A DNA stretch of 64,000 bases from an uncultured Gemmatimonadales bacterium (GTDB taxonomy: Bacteria; Gemmatimonadota; Gemmatimonadetes; Longimicrobiales; RSA9), in assembly GCA_963798085.1 (NCBI GenBank), contig CAWCRS010000007.1, positions 832,001-896,000 on the forward strand. Direction: 5' to 3'. Positions 51,670 through 62,833 of the stretch are shown here, in pieces (within the stretch, counting starts at the first letter, position 1; every line of letters begins with the position of its first letter). The notes under the pieces are model-generated. The model had not been told where the DNA came from. It did no database searches and saw nothing but the letters and a program-made list of their open reading frames with translations. Made by a program: the position numbers and the translations under genes.

Positions 51670-53818
51670 ATGCGCAGACCGCACTCACGTTTGCTGCTCG
51701 TATTGCTTCTGCTGGCCGGGTTGTGGTCCATCACAGCGCTGCTGCTCGCGCCGTATGTGATCCGTCAGGCGTACGCCGGCCGGAGCTTCTCCGCCATCAA
51801 CGCGCTCCTCGGCGGCCGCGCTCAACACCCTGTTAGAATCTATCTCGCGCTCTGGCGGCGCGTTGCGATCAGTGTCACGCTGGTCGCGGTGCTGGCCCTG
51901 GCGCTGGCCCTCGTGGCGTGGCGCTTCCGCGCCCCTCTCCGTGCCGCGGCAAACCGTGTGCTGCGCGAACCCGCGCTGATTGGCATGGCGCAATGCGTGT
52001 GGCTGGGCGCATGGTTCGGTTTCCTGGGCGGTCTTGCCGAGGCTGCCTCGCCTCTCATCCGGCTCGCCGTCACCGGCGACCCGCGCGAGGCGCCTTCGCC
52101 CGCGAATCTCTGGTTGGCGCCCATCGCATCGGCGCTGTTCGGCGCCCTCGCCGGCTGGCTGCTCGCCCTGCTGCTGCGTGCGCGACGCGGCCTTTCTCTG
52201 CGCCTGCCCGCCGCCATCTTCTCGGCGGCTGCCGCGTACGCGTTCATTGTCCCTCTTCGCATCGGCCTGCAGCACTACGCCGTGCTGATCCTGGCGCTGG
52301 GCCTGGGCACGCAGATCGGCCTGACCGCGCACCGGCACGCGCAGGGCTTCCAGCGCCTGGTGCGCCGCAGCTCCGTCGGTGATGGCCGCCTTCCTGGTCC
52401 TGGTCAGCGGCGGCCAGTGGGGTATGCAGCGCCTGAGGGAACACCAGGCCCTTACCCGTCTCGGCCCGGCATCCCCGGCATCGCCTAACGTCCTGTTGTT
52501 CATCCTGGACACCGTGCGCTCCATGGATGTCGGTCTCTACGGATACACGCGCAACACCACGCCCGAGATCCAGCGCTTTGCCGAGAGCGGCGTGGTTTTC
52601 GACCATGCGTTTGCCAACGCGCCCTGGACGCTGCCCTCGCACGCCAGCATGTTCACGGGCCGGCTGCCGCACGAACTGTCGACCGATTTCGACAAGCCGC
52701 TGGACGGCGACGCGCCCACCCTCGCCGAGGTGTTGAGCGCCGAGGGCTATGCCACCGCCGGGTTCGTCGGCAACCTCATTTTCTGCACGCGCGCATCCGG
52801 GCTGAACCGCGGCTTCGCCGTGTACCGGGACTATCCGATCGACCTGGGCGCACTGCTGGCCAGTTCACACTGGACGCGCGACCTGGCCGTGTTCGTGCGC
52901 GCCCGCCTGGGCAATCACTCTCAGCTGGTGCGCCGGACGGCAGAGGCTGTGAGCCGGGAGTTTCTCGACTGGAAGCCGCCTGCGGGGCATCCCTTCTTCG
53001 CGTTCATCAACTACATCAATGCCCACGCGCCCTACGAGACACATGCGCCGTTCGACCGCATGTTCTCTCAGGCTTCACCGCGCTACTGGCTGCTGCAGGG
53101 CTGGCGGCGCGGTTACACGCGGCCAGAGCTGCAGGAATTCCGCGACGCCTATGACGCAGCCATTGCCTGGACCGACCACCAGATCGGGCAGGTGCTGGCC
53201 GAGCTGGAGCGGCGCGGCGTACTCGATAACACAATTGTTATCATTGCCTCGGACCACGGCGAGCACATTGGCGAGCACGGCATCATGTCGCACGCCAACA
53301 GCCTGTATCTGCCGCTGCTGCAGGTGCCGCTGGTGATTCGCTTTCCGGCACGCGCGCCGGCGGGTGTACACGTGAGCGAGCCGGTCGCCCTGCATGACCT
53401 GGCTGCTACCGTCCTGGATCTCACGGGCGGGAGCCGGAGCGTGGCCCTGCCCGGCAGGTCGTTGGCGACGCTCTGGTCGGGCCAGCCTGTGGCTGGCGCC
53501 GCCGGCGAACCCGGCATTCTCTCCGAGCTGGCCTACAACACGTTCGCCAATGCGCGTGACCCCATTCATCGCGGCCCGATGCGGTCGCTGATCCGGGGCA
53601 GCCTGCACTACATCCGCAACGGCGACGGAGTCGAGCAGCTGTTCGACTGGGTACGGGATCCGGACGAGGTGATCGACCTGGCGGACTCAGCCTCAAGCAG
53701 CGAGGCGGTGGCGAGGATGCGGCGGTTGACGAGCGATTTGCAGGGCAGCGCGGTGCAGAGCGGCTCCGGGACCCTGGTGCCGTCCCGGAGCCGCTCCGAC
53801 ACGGCGCAAATCAGGTAG
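51670..53818 (+). CDS. Membrane-anchored sulfatase-fold hydrolase/transferase, paralog B; frameshift near 52378
   Basis: TM domain in ORF 51670..; [26 protein letters not shown] and ASDHGE in ORF ..53818. Confidence 0.88.
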
Positions 53819-55631
53819 CGGTTGCCGTAAACGTCAGGGGTGCCGCGCCCTGCACGGTAACAGTGACTGTCTGCGTGCCGGTTCCCGACCCCAGCGTCCA
53901 GTTCGTTTCAGCAATGCCTTTCGGTCCCGTCGTTGCCGCCGGGTGGTTCACCGAGCCGCTGCCCGTATCCGGCGCGTAATTGACCGTTATACCAGCCAGC
54001 ACATTGCCGTTGAGATCCGTGACCTTCACGACCAGGCCCCTGGGCAGTGTCGAACCGGCCGGTCCGGTCTGCATGTCGCCGCCCAGGATCTGGATGATCC
54101 GCGTGTACTGCGGCGGTGGCGGCGGGGGTGGTGGCGGAGGCGGGGGCGCGGTCGCGGTCGCCGTGAAGGTGACCGGCGTCGCACCGGCCGTGCTCGCCTC
54201 GACGGTCTGCGGGCCCGCCTGCGATCCCAGTGTCCATGACGTTTCGGCGTAGCCCTTGGGTCCCGTAGAAGCCGGGCTGCTGCCGATGGCGCCGCCCCCG
54301 GTCTTCACCGTGTAGGTGATGGGCACGTTGCCCAGCGGGTTGCCCTGGCCGTCTCTGGCCAGCACGATGAGGCTCTTGGGTAATGTGGTGTTAATGAGCG
54401 CCGTCTGGTTGTCGCCGCCCGCGATGCTGAGCACGATGGTGGGGCCCGGACCGCCGCCGCCGCCAATGAAGCCGGTGTACAGCAGCAGGTTGGGCGAGCC
54501 GGTGCCCGGGCTCGTGATCTTGCCGGCCGTCGCGTTCGAGGTCAGCGCCTGCACCACGGCGGACGGTGTCGCCGTGGGATTCGCCTCGAGGTACAACGCC
54601 ACCGCGCCCGTCACGTGTGGTGTCGCCATGGACGTGCCGCTGATCGTGTTGGTGGCTGTGTTGCTGCTGTTCCAGGAGGACGTGATGTTGACGCCCGGCG
54701 CGAAGATGTCGACACACGTGCCGAAGTTCGAGAACACGGCGCGCGAATCGTTGATCATGCTCGCGGCCACCGTGATGGCCGCGGGGGCGCGCGACGGCGA
54801 CTCCGTGCACGCGCTCACGTTGTCATTGCCCGCCGCCACTGAGTAGACCACGCCGCTGTTCACGGAATTCGTGAGTGCGGCGTCCAGCGAAGCGGAGGCG
54901 CTGCCGCCCAGACTCATGTTGGCGACGGCTGGCTTGATCGCGTGCGCGGTCACCCAGTCGATCCCTGCGATCACGCCAGCCACCGAGCCGCTGCCCGTGC
55001 AGTCCAGCACGCGCACGGCGTGCAGCGTGACACCCTTGGCGACGCCCCACGTCGCGCCGCCGATGGTACCGGAGACGTGCGTGCCGTGGCCGTTGCAGTC
55101 GTTCGTGCCGTTGCCGTCATTGATCGAGGTGAAAGCGCCCGACGCGCGCCCGCCGAACTCGACGTGCGTCGTGCGGATCCCTGTATCGATGACGTAAGCG
55201 TGCACGCCCGCGCCGGTCGCGTTGTACGTGTAGGTGCCGCTCAGCGGCAGGTTGTGCTGATCGATGCGATCGATGCCCCACGTCGCATTCGGCTGCGTGG
55301 TCGTGAGCTGCACGGGCTGATCCTTCTCCACCATCAGCACGTCCGACTCGTGCTCCATGGCCGCGGCCTGGCCATCCGAGAGGCTCGCCGCGAAACCGTT
55401 GAGCGCGTGACCGTAGGTGAAGCGCAGATCGCCCAGGTGATCCGTGGTCAGGCGCTGCGCTTCCTGCGGCAGATCCGGGACCGCGTTGCGCAGAACGACG
55501 ATGTAGACGGCGTCGTTCCCGCCCGCAGAGACGGACGCGCTCGGTGTGTACGCGGGCTGGACCGGCTCCGTGACTTCCTGACACGCTGCAAGCAGCGTGG
55601 CCAGTACCAACCATCCTGCAACACGTCGCAT
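53811..55631 (-). CDS. S8A subtilase (aqualysin/proteinase K-like) lipoprotein with an I9 propeptide and two C-terminal Ig-like repeats
   Basis: GGAGG RBS, lipobox LAA-C, catalytic triad VIDTG / HGTHV / GTSMATPHV, and two GGDxQT...GPKG.AET.WTLGS repeats joined by poly-Pro. Confidence 0.93.
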   Translation of the reverse strand: MRRVAGWLVLATLLAACQEVTEPVQPAYTPSASVSAGGNDAVYIVVLRNAVPDLPQEAQRLTTDHLGDLRFTYGHALNGFAASLSDGQAAAMEHESDVLMVEKDQPVQLTTTQPNATWGIDRIDQHNLPLSGTYTYNATGAGVHAYVIDTGIRTTHVEFGGRASGAFTSINDGNGTNDCNGHGTHVSGTIGGATWGVAKGVTLHAVRVLDCTGSGSVAGVIAGIDWVTAHAIKPAVANMSLGGSASASLDAALTNSVNSGVVYSVAAGNDNVSACTESPSRAPAAITVAASMINDSRAVFSNFGTCVDIFAPGVNITSSWNSSNTATNTISGTSMATPHVTGAVALYLEANPTATPSAVVQALTSNATAGKITSPGTGSPNLLLYTGFIGGGGGPGPTIVLSIAGGDNQTALINTTLPKSLIVLARDGQGNPLGNVPITYTVKTGGGAIGSSPASTGPKGYAETSWTLGSQAGPQTVEASTAGATPVTFTATATAPPPPPPPPPPPPQYTRIIQILGGDMQTGPAGSTLPRGLVVKVTDLNGNVLAGITVNYAPDTGSGSVNHPAATTGPKGIAETNWTLGSGTGTQTVTVTVQGAAPLTFTATAT

Positions 55632-55963
55632 GGATCGACCTCCTGGTTGATGGATACGCACGACTGCACGCCCGCGCGGTTGCGCGCGGCCGGACGACAT
55701 TGTCGGAATGCCAGTTGGGAAGAGGCGCCGGAGCGCCGGAACTGCCGGGGAAAGCGCTGCAACCTTGTCATGCGACCCCCGCTGGTCAAGCATGACGTGC
55801 CCGCGCAACGCGGCGCGAGCGGTGTCACATTGAAGCGTCGCCTTGATCCCCCTACCTTCTCCTCCATGGGAGGAGAGGTCCTGTGCCCCGTCGCACATAG
55901 TATCGGCCGGGCGTTGCCGAACGTTTTTCATGCGCAATCCGTTGCCGCGGACCGGACACGCGC

Positions 55964-57328
55964 GTGAGCCGGTCGCGCTTTCCCAATCCTCTCACACTGC
56001 TCACGGCCTGCATCCTCCTGGCTGCCGCATTGAGCTGGGTGCTGCCCGCCGGTCGTTATGAACGGCAGGACGATCCCGCGACCGGCCGCAGCGTGGTCAT
56101 CGCTGGTACCTATCACGCCGTCGAGCGGCAGCCCGTCGGTCTACTCGCAGCCGTGGTGGCCATTCCGCGCGGCATGGTCGACGCCGCGGATGTGATCTTC
56201 TTCGTGTTTCTGGTAGGCGGTGCCTTCGCCGTCATTGATCGCACCGGTGCGCTGCGGGCCGCGCTCGATGCGCTTGTGCGCGGGCTGGGCAGGCGGGAGG
56301 CGCTGGTCATTCCCATCTGCGCGCTCGCCTTCGCCGCCGGCGGCATCTTCGAGAACATGCAGGAGGAAATCATTGCGCTTGTGCCCGTGCTGCTCCTGCT
56401 GGCCCGCCGGCTGGGCTACGACACGCTCACCGTCGCGGCCATGAGTGTGGGCGCCGCGGCCGTCGGCTCGGCTTTCAGTCCGGTGAATCCGTTCCAGGTG
56501 GGCATTGCACAGAAGCTGGCGGAGGTGCCGCTACTGTCTGGCGGTGTTTTCCGCACGGCGTTCCTGATCCCTGCGCTCGGGCTCTGGATCTGGGGCACCA
56601 TGCGACACGCCCGCCGCACCCGCCTGGCCGCCGCCGACGCACCGGGTCCAGCGGCTTCGGGTGCGCTGGAGTTACCCGCGCTTTCTGGCGTCCGCACGAC
56701 GATCATCCTGCTCGCCGTACTCGGAGCTTTCGCCGTCTTCATCTTCGGCATTGTGCGTCTGGGCTGGGACTTCACGCAGATGGCCGCCGTGTTCTTCGTG
56801 ATGGGCGTGTTCGCGGGCATCGCGGGACGCCTGGGCGTGGATGGCACGGCCGAAGCGTTCACGGAGGGCTTCCGTTCCATGGCGTTCGCTGGCCTCCTCA
56901 TCGGCTTCGCGCGCGCCATTGACGTGGTGCTCAATGACGGCGCGATCATTGACACCATCGTGCACGGTCTGTTCACGCCCATCGCGACGCTGCCCCGGCC
57001 GCTGGCTGCGGTGGGCATGATGGGCGTGCAGTCGCTGATCCACGTTCCCGTGCCCAGCGTGAGCGGTCAGGCGGTCCTGACCATGCCTGTCCTGGTGCCG
57101 CTCTCGGACCTGCTCCAGGTATCGCGCCAGGTCACCATCCTCGCCTACCACTACGGCGCGGGCCTTTGCGAGCTGCTCACACCCACGAATGGCGCGCTCA
57201 TGGCGATTCTCGCCGCCGCAGGGGTGCGCTTCGATGACTGGATCCGCTTCACTGTCCCTCTCTGGCTCGCCCTCATGGCGCTCGGGGCGGTGGCCATTGC
57301 CACAGGCCTGGTGATCGGCCTGCAGTAG
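55964..57328 (+). CDS. YfcC/DcuC-like (arginine/ornithine or C4-dicarboxylate) transporter
   Basis: [46 protein letters not shown] and TPTNG. Confidence 0.9.
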   Translation: MSRSRFPNPLTLLTACILLAAALSWVLPAGRYERQDDPATGRSVVIAGTYHAVERQPVGLLAAVVAIPRGMVDAADVIFFVFLVGGAFAVIDRTGALRAALDALVRGLGRREALVIPICALAFAAGGIFENMQEEIIALVPVLLLLARRLGYDTLTVAAMSVGAAAVGSAFSPVNPFQVGIAQKLAEVPLLSGGVFRTAFLIPALGLWIWGTMRHARRTRLAAADAPGPAASGALELPALSGVRTTIILLAVLGAFAVFIFGIVRLGWDFTQMAAVFFVMGVFAGIAGRLGVDGTAEAFTEGFRSMAFAGLLIGFARAIDVVLNDGAIIDTIVHGLFTPIATLPRPLAAVGMMGVQSLIHVPVPSVSGQAVLTMPVLVPLSDLLQVSRQVTILAYHYGAGLCELLTPTNGALMAILAAAGVRFDDWIRFTVPLWLALMALGAVAIATGLVIGLQ

Positions 57329-57466
57329 AGCGGCGAGCCGGGCAGGGCTCGCCATCGCCCGGCACCTGCGCAATAACACGGGTGAGCCCGCCCTGTCGCC
57401 GGGCCCGCCTCGCGTGAAGATTCCGCAGCCGCCGCGCGTAGGGTACCTCGGTTATCTGGAGGCCGG

Positions 57467-58027
57467 GTGGAATACCGGGTCGAAGAGGAGCTGGTCCGCA
57501 AGTGTCAGTCGGAAGGGTCCCGCTATTTCGAGCCGCTCGTTCGGGCGTACGAAGCAGAAGCGATTCGCATCGCGACCGCCATGCTGGGCGACCTGGACGC
57601 GGCGAGGGATGCGGCGCAGGACGCGTTCGTCAAGGCGTTCCGTTCCCTTTCCAGCTTCGACCCGGATCGCAGGTTCCGCCCGTGGTTTCTCCAGATTCTG
57701 CGCAATCAGTGTCGTGACGCCTTGCGCAGTCGCAAGGCACGACACCGCCTGGAGGCTCACGAACCGCGCGTGGAAGTGCACTCGACCCCTGATGAAGCGG
57801 ATCGCGAGCACGCCCGTCACGAGGCGGCGGCACTGGTACGCCGCGGCCTCGCCGGACTCGATGAGACGCAGCGTGAAATCCTCGTGATGAAGGAGATCGA
57901 AGAGTTGAGCTACCAGGAGATAGCGGCCGAACTGGAGATTCCGGAGGGCACCGTGGCCAGCCGCCTGTTTCACGCCAGACGCGCGCTCAAGGATGCACTC
58001 GAGAGAATGGGCGTACGGTACCCATGA
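57467..58027 (+). CDS. ECF RNA polymerase sigma factor
   Basis: DAAQDAFVKAF, FRPWFLQILRNQCRD and LSYQEIAAELEIPEGTVASRLFHAR. Confidence 0.93.
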   Translation: MEYRVEEELVRKCQSEGSRYFEPLVRAYEAEAIRIATAMLGDLDAARDAAQDAFVKAFRSLSSFDPDRRFRPWFLQILRNQCRDALRSRKARHRLEAHEPRVEVHSTPDEADREHARHEAAALVRRGLAGLDETQREILVMKEIEELSYQEIAAELEIPEGTVASRLFHARRALKDALERMGVRYP

Positions 58028-58035
58028 GGTGGTGA

Positions 58036-58461
58036 GTGGTGGAACATGCGGTAAGCCATGAAGAGCTGATGCGGTTTCTCGATGACGAGCTGACCGCCGA
58101 TCGTCGAGTGCTGGTGGCGGCACACCTCGAAGTGTGCACGGAGTGTAATCGCGAGATCGTGGTATTCCGGGCCATGAAGGCAGATCTGCTGGCAATGGTG
58201 AGTGAGGGACGCATTGGTCCATCGATCTGGGCCGACGTGAACCGTCACATTATGCGCCCCACCGGCTGGATCATGGTCGTGGTCGGGGCTGTGGCGCTCA
58301 CCGCCTACGCGGTCTGGGCGTACCTCACCAGCCCCGAGAGCTTCTGGGAGAAGCTGGCCGTCGGCACGCTCGTGATCGGCCTGGTGCTGCTCCTGCTCAG
58401 TGCGCTCATTGACCGGCTGCGCGACCTGCGCACCGACCCCTATCAGAACGTGCACCGATGA
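58036..58461 (+). CDS. Zinc-binding (zf-HC2) anti-sigma factor with two TM helices
   Basis: HLEVCTEC (HxxxCxxC) motif; adjacent to the ECF sigma gene. Confidence 0.88.
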   Translation: MVEHAVSHEELMRFLDDELTADRRVLVAAHLEVCTECNREIVVFRAMKADLLAMVSEGRIGPSIWADVNRHIMRPTGWIMVVVGAVALTAYAVWAYLTSPESFWEKLAVGTLVIGLVLLLLSALIDRLRDLRTDPYQNVHR

Positions 58462-58778
58462 TCGTCACCACCACTCCCGACATCGTGGGCCGCCGCATCG
58501 TGCGCACGCTGGGCCTGGTGCGCGGCAACACGATCCGCTCGCGCCACATTGGTCGCGACATCATGGCCGGCATGCGTGCCATTGTGGGCGGCGAAATCGT
58601 CGAGTTCACGAAAATGATGGCAGAGGCGAGGGAGCAGGCGATCGACCGCATGGTGGAGGATGCCGAAGCGCTGGGCGCGGATGCCGTGGTCGCGATCCGC
58701 TTCCAGACCGTCTTCATCATGCGCGGCGCCGCCGAAATCATGTGTTATGGCACGGCGGTCGTGACCGAGACCGTCTGA
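58458..58778 (+). CDS. YbjQ/UPF0145 family protein
   Basis: MIVTTTPDIVG...LGLVRG...GGEI...AREQAIDRM...YGTAV. Confidence 0.92.
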   Translation: MIVTTTPDIVGRRIVRTLGLVRGNTIRSRHIGRDIMAGMRAIVGGEIVEFTKMMAEAREQAIDRMVEDAEALGADAVVAIRFQTVFIMRGAAEIMCYGTAVVTETV

Positions 58779-58819
58779 AGGCCCACCTCAACCGCCCTTC
58801 ATTGGAAAAGAGAGACCGC

Positions 58820-59230
58820 ATGCCACTGCAGCGACCCGTACTCGTGCGCCCGCGTCTGCGCGGGGTCATCATGGTCGTCCTGGGCGTGGCGACGACGCTG
58901 CTCACGGTTGCCGCCGCGCAGAAGAAGGATCCTGCCGGCCACTGGAACGGCGTACTGCGTGTGCCCGGCCAGGAGCTGGCGTTCGATGTGGATCTGCGAC
59001 ACGCGCAGAACGCTTGGACGGGCGACATCTCGATTCCGGCCCAGAACGCGACGGATCTGCCGCTCACCAACATCGCGGTGCGTGCCGACAGCGTGATCTT
59101 CGAGATTGCCAGTGTGCCCGGACAACCCGTATTCCACGGGCGCATGGCCAGCGATTCCATTGCGGGCAATCTCACGCAGGGTGGCCAGAATGTGCCGTTC
59201 TCGATGCACCGCGAGAAGAAGGCGGGCTAG
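58820..59230 (+). CDS. Small secreted hypothetical protein
   Basis: Signal-like TM segment followed by a beta-rich domain (GHWNG...ISIPAQ...G.LTQGG). Confidence 0.6.
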   Translation: MPLQRPVLVRPRLRGVIMVVLGVATTLLTVAAAQKKDPAGHWNGVLRVPGQELAFDVDLRHAQNAWTGDISIPAQNATDLPLTNIAVRADSVIFEIASVPGQPVFHGRMASDSIAGNLTQGGQNVPFSMHREKKAG

Positions 59231-59350
59231 CAGGGGCCATTCCACATTGCGCGTGCGTCTGCCACACCGGTCCATGGGCCGGACAGTCCCGTCGCGGGTC
59301 CCATCCGGGACCGGCGAGGGCGTCCCAAGGTGTTATGCTTCACGCAGTTA

Positions 59351-59373
59351 TGTCCAGGCCTGGACAATTGACA
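59351..59373 (+). promoter_or_regulatory. 16-bp perfect palindrome next to a TTGACA hexamer
   Basis: TGTCCAGGCCTGGACA (59351-59366) and TTGACA (59368-59373); no good -10 element seen. Confidence 0.4.
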
Positions 59374-59469
59374 CCAGCCGGTGCGGAACTTGCCCGACGG
59401 GCCATGCAGTCAGCTCCACCCTGCGCCACGGCGACGACGCGTCGCCCTCGATGCTGAGTGAGTCCAGCC

Positions 59470-59955
59470 ATGTCGATGGAGTGGATCCGTGGTGTTCATT
59501 GCCGTCACGTGGAACGGCGGCGTAACTCGGACCGGCGAAGCCGGCACGTGCTGTTCAGCGACTGGCGCTGGTCGTATGAAGGCAGGCGTCAGCGCGGCCG
59601 GCGCGATGGCGGGCGCGTGGAAACCGGCGTCGACATCTATGAGCGGCGCCTCTTCTTCGTCGCCGTCGGCATCTTCGTGCTCAGCTGCATGGATGCCGCC
59701 TTCACGCTGCTGCTGGTGCACCGCAACCTGGCAGCAGAAGCCAACCCGTTCATGCGCGCACTGCTCTCCTATGACCCGCAGACCTTCATCAACCTGAAGA
59801 TCGTGCTCACCGGTTCGGGCGTGCTCTTTCTGGTGGCGCTCTGCGAGAGCCGCTTCCTGCGCCTGATCCCCGTGCGCTACCTGATGCACGGGCTGCTGGT
59901 GCTCTACGGCCTGATCGTGGCATCCGAGGTCGTGCAGCTCGGCCTGCTGCGCTGA
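59470..59955 (+). CDS. DUF5658-like small membrane protein
   Basis: Arg-rich ERRRNSDRR N-terminus, LSCMDAAFTLLL and EANPFM. Confidence 0.7.
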   Translation: MSMEWIRGVHCRHVERRRNSDRRSRHVLFSDWRWSYEGRRQRGRRDGGRVETGVDIYERRLFFVAVGIFVLSCMDAAFTLLLVHRNLAAEANPFMRALLSYDPQTFINLKIVLTGSGVLFLVALCESRFLRLIPVRYLMHGLLVLYGLIVASEVVQLGLLR

Positions 59956-59979
59956 GCGGGCGGCCGCGCGCAGGGACGC

Positions 59980-60684
59980 GTGATGCGGCTGCTCACGGGC
60001 ACCAGCGGTTTCGCCTACAACGAGTGGAAGGGCAGCTTCTACCCGGATGACCTGCCCGGCAGCGCCATGCTGCGCTATTACGCCGGCCAGTTTTCAACCG
60101 TCGAGATCAACAACACCTTCTATCGCATGCCCGCCGGCCACGTGCTTGCCGGCTGGGTGGAGCAGGTGCCGACCGGTTTCACCTTCGTGCTCAAGGCCCC
60201 GCAGCGCATCACGCATCAGAAGCGGTTGAAGGATGCGGGCGAACCGCTGGATTTCTTCCTGCGCACCGCGCGCGTACTGGGCACGGCGCTCGGGCCGGTA
60301 CTGTTCCAGCTGCCGCCGAATCTCAAGAAGGATGCGGAACGGCTGCACGGCTTCCTGGCGCTGCTGCCGGGCGACGTGCGCGCGGCCTTCGAGTTCCGCC
60401 ACGCGTCCTGGCTCGATGACGAGGTGTACGACGCACTGCGTGCGCGCAATATCGCGTTATGCATTGCCGACACGCTCGAGGAGACCACGCCGCTGGTGAG
60501 CACGGCCGACTGGGGCTATCTGCGGCTGCGGCGCGAGCAGTACGAGGAGCAGGACCTGACGGCGTGGGCCGCCCGCATGGCGCTGCAGACCTGGTCGGAC
60601 GCGTTCGTCTTCTTCAAACACGAGGATGCCGGTACGGGTCCCCGCCTCGCACGCCGTTTCGCAACCCTCTTCGCCGGCCGCTGA
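59980..60684 (+). CDS. DUF72 (YecE-like) protein
   Basis: GTSGFAY.EW...FYP, VEINNTFY, LFQLPP, EFRH and YLRL. Confidence 0.93.
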   Translation: MMRLLTGTSGFAYNEWKGSFYPDDLPGSAMLRYYAGQFSTVEINNTFYRMPAGHVLAGWVEQVPTGFTFVLKAPQRITHQKRLKDAGEPLDFFLRTARVLGTALGPVLFQLPPNLKKDAERLHGFLALLPGDVRAAFEFRHASWLDDEVYDALRARNIALCIADTLEETTPLVSTADWGYLRLRREQYEEQDLTAWAARMALQTWSDAFVFFKHEDAGTGPRLARRFATLFAGR

Positions 60685-60760
60685 GCGGCCGGGCTGGCTG
60701 CCCGGCGCACCATTCCCGGCGCGCGCCCTGACCCGTTGTTACAGTCCGCGGGAACAGGCG

Positions 60761-62224
60761 TCAGGGTGGTGCCAGCGCGGGCGACGCCGGTTCGCGCGCG
60801 GAATCGACGCCGGGGAAGTAGGGCGCGATTGCGGCTGCCGGCGGCGGCGGCGTCAGCAGGCTCACGCCGATCATGAGCGCCGCGGATGCCAGGAAGCCGG
60901 GCAGCACCGGATCGATGGAGCGCGGACCCAGGAGCTTCCAGAGAAACGTCACGGTCACACCGCTGATCATGGCCGTGGCCGCGCCTTCGCGCGTGGCGCG
61001 GCGCCAGAGCACGCCGAGCACGACCGGAATGAAGAAGCTGGACGCCATCAGACTGGTGAACAGCAGCACGATGAACTGCACCAGTGTGCTCTGTCCCACA
61101 CCGCACAGCACGAGTATCACCGGCAGCGTGCCCACCAGCGCGGTGCCCGCGCGGTCGATCCACAGGCGACGCCGTGCGGGCAGCTGCGGATCGATCAGCG
61201 TCTGCCAGATGTCCTTGCTCAGCGCGGAGCCGGCCACGATGAGCAGTGAGCTGACCGTCGACATCATGGCGGCGGCAATGGCGGCGAGCATGATGCCGCC
61301 CATCAGGGGAGGCAGGACGGCGTTTGTGATCATGGGCATCGCCAGATCACCGGTGGGCAGGGCGGGGAAGAGTACGACCGCGACCAGTGCCAGCAGGAAC
61401 ACGCACAGGTTGATGCCCGTGATCGCGATGATGTTGAACAGCACGCCTCGCCGCACAGTGCGCATGTCCTTCATCATGTAAAGCCGTGTCAGCTTTTCGG
61501 GTCCCGCCACCGAGCCGAGCATGAAGGCCAGCGCCATTGTCAGCAGCAGCGCGGGCGGCATGGTGTGCCACGTGAAGGTTCCGGGATTGACGTCCTGCAC
61601 CAGGCGCAGCAGGGCGTGCAGCCCGCCCACCTGGCGCAGTGCCAGGGGCAGCGCCGCCAGCACACCGGCGGCCATGACCGCCAGCTGGAAGAAGTCGGTC
61701 CAGACCACGGCGATCATGCCGCCCAGCGTCGTGTACAGCAGCAGGATCACGGTGAAGCCCACCATGCCCCAGGCGCGCGGCAGTCCAAACGTCACGTTAG
61801 CAATGAGTCCACCGGCCACGATCTGGGCCTGGATGTAGACGACGTAGGCGATGAGGATGATGGCGGCCGCCAGTGCACGCACCGTGCGGCTGTAGTAGCG
61901 CGTCTCGATGAAGGCGGGCAGCGTCAGCTCGCGCACGCGGGTGAAACGGGGCGCGAGCACCGCGGCCATGAACCAGTAGCCGAGGGGCAGCGAGAGCACG
62001 ACCCAGGCGAAGGACCAGCCCGCCGTGTACATCACGCCCACCGTGCCCATGAAGGTGCCGGCGCTGACATGCGTCGCCGCCAGTGTGGCGCCGCCCACCA
62101 CCCAGCCCAGTCTGCCGCCCGCGATCCAGTAATCCTGCTCGTTGCGGGTGGCGCGCATGCTCCACCAGCCGATCAGGAAAATGACGCCGAAGTAGACGGC
62201 AAAAATTGCGATCTGTGTGCCCAT
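60761..62224 (-). CDS. Sodium:solute symporter (PutP/PanF-like)
   Basis: DYWIAGG, SAGTFMG, YTTLGGMIAVVWTDFFQ and AAAMMSTVSS with about 13 TMs. Confidence 0.92.
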   Translation of the reverse strand: MGTQIAIFAVYFGVIFLIGWWSMRATRNEQDYWIAGGRLGWVVGGATLAATHVSAGTFMGTVGVMYTAGWSFAWVVLSLPLGYWFMAAVLAPRFTRVRELTLPAFIETRYYSRTVRALAAAIILIAYVVYIQAQIVAGGLIANVTFGLPRAWGMVGFTVILLLYTTLGGMIAVVWTDFFQLAVMAAGVLAALPLALRQVGGLHALLRLVQDVNPGTFTWHTMPPALLLTMALAFMLGSVAGPEKLTRLYMMKDMRTVRRGVLFNIIAITGINLCVFLLALVAVVLFPALPTGDLAMPMITNAVLPPLMGGIMLAAIAAAMMSTVSSLLIVAGSALSKDIWQTLIDPQLPARRRLWIDRAGTALVGTLPVILVLCGVGQSTLVQFIVLLFTSLMASSFFIPVVLGVLWRRATREGAATAMISGVTVTFLWKLLGPRSIDPVLPGFLASAALMIGVSLLTPPPPAAAIAPYFPGVDSAREPASPALAPP

Positions 62225-62333
62225 GCGCGCAGTGCGGTGGTCCGGAACCCTCCCCGTGGGAACACAGTATAGAGACCGGGCGCGCTGCAGGGCACCACGG
62301 CGCGCGGGGAGCAGGTGGATGAAACCGGGACAG

Positions 62334-62675
62334 ATGAACATGGGATGCTGGCGCTGGGTCACGGGGCTGGCGCTGCCGTTGCTGCTGGCAGCGTCGTCGC
62401 CGTGGAATGCGCGTCCGCCAGGCCCGCGCTGCGCGGTCTCCACTCCGGTCAGCACCGGGGCCATGGTACAGCCCGCGGCCCTGCTCTCCGCGGACGCGAG
62501 TGATGCCAGTGCAGACGGTCGGCCGCGTGCACCACAGCTCGCGCCGGCCGCCCACGCCCGTGTCGCATTGCAGCCGGCGTCGCCCGGCACGCGTTACGCC
62601 GCGGTGTTCACCGGCCACGCCGCCATGCAGGTCGTCGCGATCTGCTGGGGGACGGCCCTGCCGCCACCGGCCTGA
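62334..62675 (+). CDS. Possible small secreted hypothetical protein
   Basis: Hydrophobic N-terminus and a ...ALPPPA end, upstream of htrA; weak support. Confidence 0.3.
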   Translation: MNMGCWRWVTGLALPLLLAASSPWNARPPGPRCAVSTPVSTGAMVQPAALLSADASDASADGRPRAPQLAPAAHARVALQPASPGTRYAAVFTGHAAMQVVAICWGTALPPPA

Positions 62676-62833
62676 AGCCCGTACGCGGCTGCGGTTCCGC
62701 CGCGCTTACACCAGCAACATGAATCGCGATGACTCCCGTGAACCGTTCACGGGAAGTCCGTCGCGTCCCGCTCCGCCGGAACCACGGCCGTGGGAAATGT
62801 GATCGAGGGTCCATGCGGACCTGGAGGATAACA

